Position numbers and translations under genes: made by a program. From positions 20,958,001 to 21,022,000 of the forward strand of contig CM052832.1 in the NCBI GenBank assembly GCA_028534125.1: 64,000 nt of DNA. Direction: 5' to 3'. This DNA is from Lama glama. Taxonomy: Eukaryota. Positions 13,805 through 23,899 of this stretch are shown here, piece by piece; positions within the stretch are counted from its first letter, which is position 1; each line of letters begins with the position of its first letter. Below the pieces are notes generated by a model. It made no database searches and was not told the DNA's origin. It saw nothing but the letters and a program-made list of their open reading frames with translations.

Positions 13805-14010
13805 GAGCTACCATTTACTGAGTGCCTTCTGGGTGTCATTAAATTCCTTTACTATCACAACAATGCTCTCAAGTATAAATTAGTGTGCCCATTTTACTTG
13901 TAAGGAAAGCTCACCAGATCAATGTGCAAAAGTTGTGCAACTATTCAATGGTAAAATGAGAATTCAAACTCAGATCCACATGACTCTAAAGGTGACACAC
14001 CTTCCACTGT
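13805..14010 (-). mobile_element. MIR SINE
   Basis: gctaccatttactgagtgc...cccattttac...gaattcaaactcagatcc. Confidence 0.7.
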
Positions 14011-14909
14011 CTTTGCCCATCCACATTTTCATTTCCAAGCTTGAAAAGCATCTACTCTATTACTTACTAACTGAACCTTGACAGCAAAATATTCATTCTA
14101 AGCACATTCACATGTTTAAGAAAAAAAAAAACACTCAGTATTCATTCTTGGCTCTAATTTGAAGTTAAAGTTTGTTACTAAAGCTGAAGAAAATCTTAGA
14201 AGTATGACAGAAATGCAAGTGGTATTCCAAGTAACAGTATGTGTGCGCTCGGGTGAGAAACATGAGAGGACAATCTGCCAAACTCATTCTGGCCTCATCT
14301 GATGCTATCTCACTGATCTGGGTCCAGCTTACATTTGTTCCTCTCTCCCTCCCTCCCTCATTTCCTCTCCATCCCAGAAGCACCCAAAAATCATACCAAA
14401 GAAGCTGGATAGAGTTTCCAAGAACACACGGAAAACTCTATCATATAAGGGAATAGCCATCTAGCCCAAGCATAACCTTGTTTCGACTAAGAAAAACTTA
14501 CAACACTAAAGCAAAACTTTATGAGACCATAAATAATGACTGGAAACAAAATTATCCAAATATTGATTATATAGACAAATCGATTTTTGGAGAGAAAAGC
14601 TCCAAAGAACTAATGAAACATGCCTTTTTAGTCTTGTGCTCATGCACAGGACATTATAATTTACTATGAGTCAGCCTCAAAGTGCATGTACTTTTTAATT
14701 CAAACTTTTTTTAAGCCTTTATGTTTAATTCCACTTCCAGTTTTTGCTCCCCAGCACTGATCCCTACCTGTTCTACTGAGGCTAATGAATCTCAGATTTC
14801 TGATATTTATAACTAAACTTCTCAGAACTAAGCATTAGTTTTGATGGTCCACATGCTTCATGGCGAGCTCCTTGATGACTACCCACTTAGTGTAATATAT
14901 GAAATTGGG

Positions 14910-14914
<5 letters not shown>

Positions 14915-14943
<29 letters not shown>
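14915..14943. repeat. (TG)n microsatellite
   Basis: Direct observation. Confidence 0.95.
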
Positions 14944-14945
<2 letters not shown>

Positions 14946-15032
14946 CTTTAAGGAACAGTCAGTTTTCAGTTATGCTTTTCCAAAGGGTTAAAGTAAAGAT
15001 GGCTAGTTGATCTCTATTTTTAAAGTCACCCC

Positions 15033-15157
15033 TGGGGGTAGGGAGTAGCTCAGTGGTAGAGTGCTTGCTTAGCCTGCATGAGGTCCTAGGTTCAATCCCC
15101 AGTATCTCCATTTACAAATAAACAAACCTAATTATCACCGCCCCCAAATTTTTTTAA
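15033..15157 (+). mobile_element. tRNA-derived SINE, camelid Vic-1-like
   Basis: A box TAGCTCAGTGG, B box GGTTCAATCC, tail aaataaacaaacctaattatcaccgccccc; TSD aaagtcacc at 15022-15030 and 15158-15166. Confidence 0.88.
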
Positions 15158-15719
15158 AAAGTCACCTCATTGTTCTCCGCTTATGGTAATATTGTATGGT
15201 ATCTCTAAGTTCTTTCCCTCCAACTTCTTGGTAAATTAAAGCACTGGACTGTATTCATACAACAGTCGAGAAAATTTAACTTCCTAGAAAACCAAACATA
15301 CAGGCTAAAAAAATCCTGTCTTCTCTCACAGACAACTAAGGATTAGCTAACAATTAATAGCAATGGATACTTCCCTGCTTATGTTCAGGTGCCCAGATGG
15401 TAATGTTATGAAGTCTAACCTGCAAGATCCCAACCCTCCTGACCCTCCCCTCAAAAAAGGTAAGACTAAAGAACTCTGCCAGACACTGTTAATCCTGGGA
15501 GATAACCACAGGAAATGGTATTTTAATACCCTCCCTAATATGTTCACACTCAAATGGAGGAGGTAAAGGTAACAGACAACTGTAATTCAGCATGATGAGG
15601 GATGTTGGAAGTATAAGCATGGGGTGATACAAAAAAATAAAGGTAATTTCAGCATAATCTGAAGAGGGGAGGAGTTGGGGGTGTTCAGAAGAGTCCCAGA
15701 GAAAATGATGCCTAAAAGA

Positions 15720-16480
15720 GACTACGAGATAAAGAACCACCTCACATCCCCTAGGGTGGTAATAATAAAAGACTGACAATAACAAGTGTTGGGGAAGACC
15801 TAGAAAAACTGGAACCCTCGTATGTCATACATCACCTGTGGGAATGTGAAATGGTACAGCCGCTTTGGGAAACAGCTGGACAGTTCCTCAAAATGTTAAG
15901 CAAAGAATTACCCCATGACCCAGTTATTTTCACTCTGAGATATATACCCAAGAGAACTGAAAACATATCCACCCAAAAATGTGTACGTGAATATTCACAG
16001 CAGTATTATGCAAAATAGCCACCAAGTGGAAACAGCCTAAATGTCAACTGATGACCAGATCAAGGTAATGTGGAACATTCCAAAATGAAACATTACTCAG
16101 TCTTGAAAAAAGAATGAAGTATTAATAAATGCTGGAAAATGTAGAATGTGGAGGAATCTTGGTAACATTATGCTAAGTGAAAGAAGCCAGACATAAATGG
16201 CCACAGATTGTCTGATTCCATCTATATGAAATGTCCAGCATAAGGAAACTCCCAGAGACAGAAAGCAGATTAGCAGTGTCCAGGGGGCAAGAAGTGGGGA
16301 GAGGAATGGGGGAATAAAGAGTGACTACTAATGCGTATGGAGTGCTTTTCAGTGGTGATGAAAATTCTGGAATTAGACGATGATGATAGTCCTGGAGCTT
16401 GGTGACTAACCTAAAAAGGGCTGGATTGTATACTTCAAAATGGAGAATTTTAAGGCATGTGAATTATGTTAATTAAAAAG
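15720..16480 (+). mobile_element. L1MB7/8-like 3' end
   Basis: gactgacaataacaagtgttgg...aaatggtacagccgctttgg...atgctaagtgaaagaagccagaca...atgtgaattatg. Confidence 0.92.
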
Positions 16481-17115
16481 AGAGAAAGAAGGAGTGGGAA
16501 GGTAAGAACCACCTCTAAGGAGAATAGAAAAGAGCGGTGCCTGGAAAATAAGCCAGTTATTGAAAGTTTCCCATACTTCCTTTAAAAAAAGAAAGAAAGA
16601 AAATCAGCTTCCACATTTACACTATAAAACAGTTTCCTTAGACACAAAATGAACACGGGGTCTCAACAGATTTTTGACCTCAGTCAAACCTCCTGCATCT
16701 TTGGACTACACAGTCGGAGGAGCCCTAGGCTCGCTTCCTGCTACTTTTTTTTTTTTTAACAGGAATGTTTACATCATTTCCGAGTCTTTCCTATTCAGTT
16801 TGTCAACTGCTGAAGTCTTGCAGTAAGTTGCCCCTTAGTTTCCTCATATTTTACGGTTTATTTCAACTAGATACTGTAAACTCCAAGAATCAATATGAAG
16901 ATGGCTTACATAAAGCTTTTCATAACCTCCAGGGGAAACAAGTTTCTCCTTTTTCATTGTATTTTCTTAAAAATAGTTTTCTTAATTTTTTTCAACATTA
17001 AGAAACCAGGAGTCTATTCCATTTGCTCCAGATCTTAAGTCATGTGCATTTTTTTATCTTTCCACAAATCAGTTAACTAGTAATTCATATTTAAATGAAT
17101 AAAATTGGCTTTTAC

Positions 17116-17229
17116 CTTCAGTTGGTAATGTTGCGATTCAGTCAGACAGAGAAGATTTGTCAAAACCTCCAAATCAAGATCCAGATCTCCAAGGGATGAG
17201 AAGGGAGCACCTTCAGCAGATGATTTCAC
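17116..17229 (-). other. Candidate internal exon, 114 nt
   Basis: Branch-like ttctaat/cactgac, then ttctgtccacAG|GTGAAA; donor CTGAAG|GTaaaa. One open frame (VKSSAEGAPFSSLGDLDLDLEVLTNLLCLTESQHYQLK) that I do not recognise. Confidence 0.7.
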
Positions 17230-17374
17230 CTGTGGACAGAAGTCAGTGATTTATTAGAACTTTGTGTGAAAGAAAGGTGTCATATGGTTACTACTGAGTT
17301 ATGTAAATACACCAAGTCTTCAAAAAGTACAAAAGTTTCTGATTTCTATTCATTACACAAAGGTAGACTAGTTC

Positions 17375-17555
17375 AGCACATTTTGAAGGTGTCCTCTGTT
17401 GCAGGTGCTTTTTTGCATATAAGTTCATTTGTTTCTTATCCCAATGCTATTTTACAGATGACGAAAACAGAGTAGCCAATGAACAGCAGAGCCAGAATTT
17501 GAACCCAGGGATTCTGGCTCTAGGTTCCAAGTTTGTCATCACTACTCAAACTGTC
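17375..17555 (-). mobile_element. MIR SINE
   Basis: attttacagatgacgaaaacagag...gcagagccagaatttgaacccagg. Confidence 0.75.
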
Positions 17556-18774
17556 TGACATCCACCCAGATACTCTACTCCACAGAAGACTCAAACAGCC
17601 TCAGGAGCATGAAGAATTCCTGGTAACTCATTCCCATTCGAGTGCTAGAGTTTCTCCAAACACATAAATGTGACCCAAAATTCAAAATACTACAGTCAGG
17701 ATAATATAGAGAAAAAAGACCAAATGAAAGGGAGGGGGCCTGGGCTTTGTAAGCAAAACTGCAGCTAATGAACCTTGTGTTGAGACGTTTCTCCGGCTCT
17801 CCTATGCCTGAGTCCACTCAACTAGCTGACCACAGTTTGCTCGGGGGTCTGAAACGCCACATCAGTGACAAAAGGAAATACATCCTGTGAAGCCCCTCAC
17901 CACTTCCACTGCCAGCATCATTTCCTTCCTCTGATTAGTCATTCATCACCCATTCCTCTAGGCACTGGTCAAAAATCTCTCCTCTCACTCTTGTCAACCG
18001 GTCTCTTCTTTCATTTTATATTTTGTTAAGGCTGGTCTGTCCTAGATAATTTAGCACTCATTAGGGTAATATGCAACTTGATTTCTTTCTTCAAACCCTT
18101 TTAGGAAAGGAACAGAGCATAAATAAATAAAAAAGCATCATGTTTAATGCTAAGTATCATGTGTGATTTGTCAGGAGCTTGAACCGCTGTCCTTTGAGAG
18201 AAGGGAACCCTTGCAAGCCCGTTGCAGGTGGCAGGATGCTGAGCACCTCACAGGCAACAGTCACAGCAGCACAGAACCCTCCCTTCAGGGATGGTCCATG
18301 TTTACTGGCTACTTTGGTGCACAAATTTACTCGCATTTGCAAATATGTAAACCTGTTGAACTTCAGTTTGTGAACCTGAAATAAGACCTGCAGTCATTAT
18401 ATTTCCTACATATTTCGGCCAAAGTAAACATTTTCCTTTGGATTCTGATTCTGATTCTATCTTGCTTTCTTTGTATCTTGTTTTGACCCTGTCTTCATTT
18501 CTGCTGTTCTTCTTGAACATTTAAAATGTGTGCCGTCCCTGTTAAAAAACAGTAACTAAATCCAAAGGTGTGCCTGAGGGTGGAGGCTGGCTCTGGGGAT
18601 AAGAGAAGCATCTTACACACAAACACCAGTGCACAGTGTTCATATCCAAAAATCAATGGCATTACTATCGTTCTTTCTCATCGGTGTATATGAGGGAACC
18701 AAATTTCCAAGTACCAAGTGGAATTTCTTTTAACCAACTTCTCTAGTCTTCACATAAATTATAGATACTGTGGT

Positions 18775-19030
18775 AGTAGTAGCAAGAGTAGCAATAATAG
18801 AACACTTCCACAGCATTTAGTCTACATCAAATATCCTCCTAAGTACTTTACTGGTATTAATCACACAGCCCTCGCAGTAACTCCATGACATAGGTACTAC
18901 TATTAGCTACTTTACCATTGACATGAAAAACAGACAGGTTAGTTCACCAGCTTAATGTCACACATCTGGTAAGTGATGAAGGTGGGATGTGAGCCCAGCA
19001 GACTGACTCCAGAGCACTCACTTATAGTCC
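18775..19030 (-). mobile_element. MIR SINE
   Basis: ctaagtacttta...taggtactactatt...gtcacacatctggtaagtg...gactccagagc. Confidence 0.75.
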
Positions 19031-20119
19031 TATTAATCTAAAATGCCTCACCACCATGGTAATATTCATAGTTTTGACCCTAGGACACTCCACAGTTTGA
19101 TTCTTAGTCAAATTTGAATGACTCTGTGTAGGTACAAAACCATTCCACTTGTCCAGAAATGTCCTGATTTTGTAAAACTATATTCTTCTCGATACAACGG
19201 TTTCATAAAACTCCAAAACTGAAAGTCTGATTTAATCAGACTTGGTGAGATTCTTTTACAAATACAACCAAAAATAAAATAGAATTCAGAAACTCGTAGT
19301 AGACAGAGTTAAAAAGTTATTTTCCAATGGCTTCTTATCTGTCTTTCCATGTGTGTGAGATACATAATTACTCACTTACTTACACCAAGAAGTGATGTAT
19401 TATATTATACAGTGGTAAAAGTTTCATAAACCTGGTGTCAAATTTTTCAAAAGGGATAAAAGAAATTCTAGTATATCCTTACTGAACATCCCACCCAACT
19501 TATAATGGAGATGGGGAAAGTGGGACCCAGAAAGGTCACAAGCCTTGAAGTCACAGAGCTATTTAGTAGCAAAGCACCATCCGAACCCGGACTTTCCAGA
19601 TCAGTACGCGATGCTACCTTTCAAGTGTTTTCTAAGTAACTAATGTACAATTTTAAAATACACCCACTGAGAAGCACACAGTGCTGTAAGCCCTCACGAG
19701 CGAAATTTATACTCCTGAACGCAGCAAGCCTGTTTTAAATAATGAGAAGAGCACAATCTCTTCCATGGGAACATTAATAAAACTTACTCAAATGCTGAAC
19801 TATAAACAGAGTTCACATAACCAGGGGGAAAAAAAAACCTTCCTTATTTTAGCATGCTGCAATTCTTTCAAGACATCACAATTAGTATCAGTCACCAGCG
19901 CACCAAAGAGAAGACAACGTGCAAAAAAGGGGTGATAAGTCCACCTGCCTCCTAAGCAGTATAGGAGGATTAAGATAGTGCCTGTGAAAGGCTTATGTAA
20001 ATGCAGCTGCACCAGACAGTTCTAAGTGGCTCTTTTCCCCTTGATGTAAATAGAGTTTCTGTTAAACAGCTGATTAAACCAACTTTGTGCAACAGAGTAT
20101 CAGCTCTGGCACCAAGCTT

Positions 20120-20300
20120 ACACTAAGCATCCCACTAAGCAGGTCGCTTCAACTTTTGGTGGCCTAGTTTCCTTGTTCTTCCTCCGTAAAATGGAAATGA
20201 CAACACCCGGTGCTCAGAGCTGGTATGTAAATTAAAGGAGAAAAAAAATTATGTAAAACGTCGAACACAAAGTCTGACACCCAGCACCCAGTTAATAAGT
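20120..20300 (+). mobile_element. MIR SINE
   Basis: gtaaaatggaaatgacaacacc...aaattaaaggaga...tatgtaaaacg...ctgacacccag. Confidence 0.6.
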
Positions 20301-20390
20301 GACAGCGCCCCCATCGTCACCACCTTATCAGAGCACAACCACCATGCTCTCCCCTTACTATGAGAGTTACCGTTACTTTCAGACCCTCAC

Positions 20391-20476
20391 CTTGCTTGCA
20401 ATGTCTACTCCTGGCAGGAAACAAAAGCTGGTTGAAATTGGCTTTGGTTGTAAATAAAAGGCAGCTCATTTTGTAT
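20391..20476 (-). other. Candidate cassette exon, 86 nt
   Basis: Acceptor tatcctcttgcAG|ATAC and strong donor CAAG|GTgagg, lying between the two better candidates. Confidence 0.35.
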
Positions 20477-21680
20477 CTGCAAGAGGATACATAGGCAACT
20501 CCTAAATCATTCCATTTTTTTCTAGATCTGGCCTCACAATCCTTAAGGCTGAGCCTACGTTTTAGCTCCACCCCCACCCAGGACAATTAAACATGGTGAG
20601 TTAAAAACCCAAGTATGTTGGGCCCAAAGATGTCATTTATCTTCTGTGACGTGGTACTCTGAGACTTCACCACACAGGGGCTAATTAAGGGTGAAATTTC
20701 AGACTAGGATTAAAAAGTATATATATTCAGCAAGCTAATATTATGGAAAGGCGGAAAAAACCATAAAACCCTTAAAAGATTTAAAACAGATCAGGGATAG
20801 AAACAGTATTCAGGCACGCCAAAAATGGTGGCTCTTAATACGTGACTCCTGGCAAACTAAGCTGCATTTTATTACTTAAAGCTTAGCTATTTTTAACTGG
20901 CTTTTTCCCCCGTTCTAGAAAAGAATCTGTGTGTGTGTGTGTGTCTAAGTCTGGAAGTCTGGTGTGCAGTGAAATCCCAGGTGCACTGTGGCTTTCAGTC
21001 TTGTTTAAAAAAAAAAAAAAACACCTATTTCAGATCAGGGGCTTCAGCCTAGCCCATCAAGCAGGAATTAAAATTTCTTTAAAAAGCAGCTTTGCATGGT
21101 TCATGTCTCAGGCTGATATGAGCTGGATCAGCTTACAGAAGGGGCCAGAGATAAGGGATCCAAAGGAGGTTAGAAGGAAACAGCCCCTAGAAGAAAATTT
21201 ATGATTTCTTTCACTCATCTACCCCACTCTCATTTTATAAGAATTGGAGCTAAGTACAGAGGAGAGAGGCATTTCTTTCCCTTCATTAATGACAGCACTA
21301 GATTCTGAAATTAATCCATCAGGAACCATCTACCTCCAACTTCTAAAGATCTGTATATTTCTTTAAAAATCACAGAACAAAAACCACCAGTTTAAAAGCC
21401 CATCCCATCAGGCCTTTGATTTTATTAAGTCCAAGGTACCAAGCCAGCAGAGGAGAACAGTTTGGTTTATTTTAAAAGAATGCATCAAATATTAGTTGGA
21501 AATTGGTTGTAAATGGAGCCACTTAAACCTCCATGGGAAGGAACTGCAGAGGCTTGGGATTAAAATTGCAGGAAGCCAGAAAGAAAATTGAGGACAAGGA
21601 AATGATGACTCAGAGGCTAGGTGCTATTATCTCCAAGAAGAGGAAGGACACTGAGGATTTGGGAGAAAAAAAAAAATTAC

Positions 21681-22020
21681 ATAGGTGACCTTGAGAAAAA
21701 GTCCAGAATGAGAAGTCAGCTGGGTGTAGCTTCCTGCGGGGATGAAGGAGAAAAAGCGCGATTCTTCGTTTCCAAATGGATGATGAAGATGTTTCAGATA
21801 AGCAGTTCTGATTGCCTTTTAGCATGCGGAGCTGCAAGCTGCATCTCGAAGAATAAATGTCGTGAAGCCCTGGCAAAATGCTCCATTTTCCGTAGCTGCA
21901 GTTTGAAACTCTTAAATGGTTCTGGAGGATTTCATGACTTTGGACACAGGAGATTGGAGATTAAAAATGGACTCTATTGACTAAATTACTGTACAGGCTT
22001 TCTGTCTTCATCCTCCGTCA
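21681..22020 (-). other. Candidate internal non-coding (5' UTR-like) exon, 340 nt
   Basis: Minus strand acceptor ctctccagttctgtgtgcAG|TGACGG and donor CCTAT|GTaatt (weaker alternative CAAG|GTcacc ending at 21690). Unique sequence with 9 CpGs in 340 nt, stops in all three frames, several short ATG ORFs. Confidence 0.65.
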
Positions 22021-22194
22021 CTGCACACAGAACTGGAGAGCCCCAAGCCATTAAAGGAGATTCCATCTAAACTTCCTATTAAACTATTTCAAAATGAGAA
22101 GAGCAGATCATGGATCCCAGAGAATGGAACTCTTGCAAATTCTCTCTATACTTGAACTTCCTGAAGGTGGATTTGTTAATGTATTCCTTTAGAT

Positions 22195-22946
22195 CAGCTG
22201 TTCTGAAGTTGGTTAATTACAAGATACTTTAACTCATCTTAAAAATTACTCACTCAAATATTTACCATGTTGCAAATTAAAACTAATAAGTATTTAATAC
22301 TTATTAGTTCATGTAAAACAATCTAAAAACACGTTACTATTAACCTAAGTGAGATTATTTTTATAAGCAATTAGATTTTTGCTATAAAATGCACTGGCAT
22401 TGTTTTACAGGGTTGTAAAATTTTTTTACGCCTGGATTAATAGACAGCTGGAGTCTGTCTGCTGTATTGAATCTGTTGTGACCTTATTTTAGTTAGAGTG
22501 CATAAAGAAAACCTATTCTGACAAAGATATGTAACTGAAAAATGGAGGAATAACGTAATAGCCTTTTCATATGATTTTTGATATTCTTTCCCTGATACTA
22601 CACCAAAACTCAACAGCTGGTGACTTTCCATAGGAATCAGAACCCATCAGTGAATTTTTCACACTCTGATACATTAAAATCTATTGATGGGGTTAGCACT
22701 TGATCTTTACCTATGCCCAGTTTTGTAACATCAATCACTGGTTATTTAGAAAATATTGATTCACTGTCTTGCAAACAGGCTCCAAATGTATGATGGGAAA
22801 CTTCATGGTACATGTGTCAGCGAAAGAAGATGAAAAAGGCAAATAACATCCTAGTCTTATTATGAAAATAGATTTGACCTTGTAGATCCACTGAAAAGGT
22901 CTCAAGGACCCTAAAGGGTCTATGAAAAAAAGTTGAAACACTGCTG
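22195..22946 (-). mobile_element. Charlie1-like hAT transposon deletion derivative
   Basis: CAG...CTG termini; degenerate 8-bp TSD ctttagat/ctttaaac; internal aatagccttttca...gatactacaccaaaactc. Confidence 0.85.
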
Positions 22947-23379
22947 CTTTAAACTCTCATAACACTGAAAACAGTGACTTGAGAATGTAGCTTGCCAGGT
23001 CACTGAAGGATCCTTTGAAAGGCCAGTTAACATTAAAAAAAAAAAAAAAATTCTAAATTTGAGTGTTCTATACGGTTTCTAAGCTGTAGGCCAGAAACCA
23101 GAAAGGATATAACCTACTGGATTTGACATTGATCACCACTACAAAAGTACCTGAGTTTAAGTAGTAACAACCATGTCTGAAGTTGAAATCCAGATATGAG
23201 ACAGTGTTTCATGACAAGCCAGAACCATTTATTATTGATTTTTCCCATTTGTGAAATTCTGGGGTTTAATGCTTCCTTCAAAATCATTATTTGTTAATGG
23301 CCCAGCTGCTGCTGAGAGAATTTAAAATTTGTATTCATTAGATCCTGATAACTACATTCTTCAAAAGTCAGCTCCAACA

Positions 23380-23480
23380 GGCGGGGACACAAACTGTCTT
23401 GTTCAACATTGCATCCCCAATCCCACCAGTGAAAACCAGCACCTATCACCTATTCAAAGCTCAATAAATAGTTAAACAGC
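23380..23480 (+). mobile_element. L2 3' end
   Basis: tgtcttgttcaacattgcatcccca...gctcaataaatagtt. Confidence 0.6.
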
Positions 23481-23856
23481 AAATATGATACTGTGTATAC
23501 TATATTGAAAAAATGACCCTGCATGTCTAACTTAGCAGGACAATGGCATTTTAATGGAAGAAGAAAACATTGATGAATGGTTTATCTGTAACAATCATCT
23601 TTAATCAAAAACATTAATTCACAAGCGTATTTTTAGTAAAGACTTCATGCAATTCAGGTTGCAAATTCAAACTTTAAATTTTTAATTCAATGAAATGAAG
23701 AAAGCCATTCAAGAAAAATGAATTCCATTGTTGACAGGCTGTTGTTACAATGCAATCTGATGCTTGAGAAAAGTAAATTTTCTCCTAATCCTTTAAAGAT
23801 TAAAATTCTAGGGAAAAGTTGTCCAAGAAAACAATACCTTGACCAAAACATTCACA

Positions 23857-23859
<3 letters not shown>

Positions 23860-23895
<36 letters not shown>
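23860..23895. repeat. (GT)n microsatellite
   Basis: Direct observation. Confidence 0.95.

Positions 23896-23899
<4 letters not shown>

Noticed and set aside
15034..15110. tRNA gene
   Set aside because: Imperfect stems, a SINE tail and a TSD; it is a tRNA-derived SINE.
18331..18375. Small minus-strand exon (acceptor tcttatttcAG|GTTC)
   Set aside because: Donor candidates are weak (GA|GTAAAT, AG|GTTTAC); cannot support without RNA data.
21621..21980. 119-aa + strand ORF
   Set aside because: Non-ATG start, no recognisable protein, antisense to the better-supported minus-strand exon.
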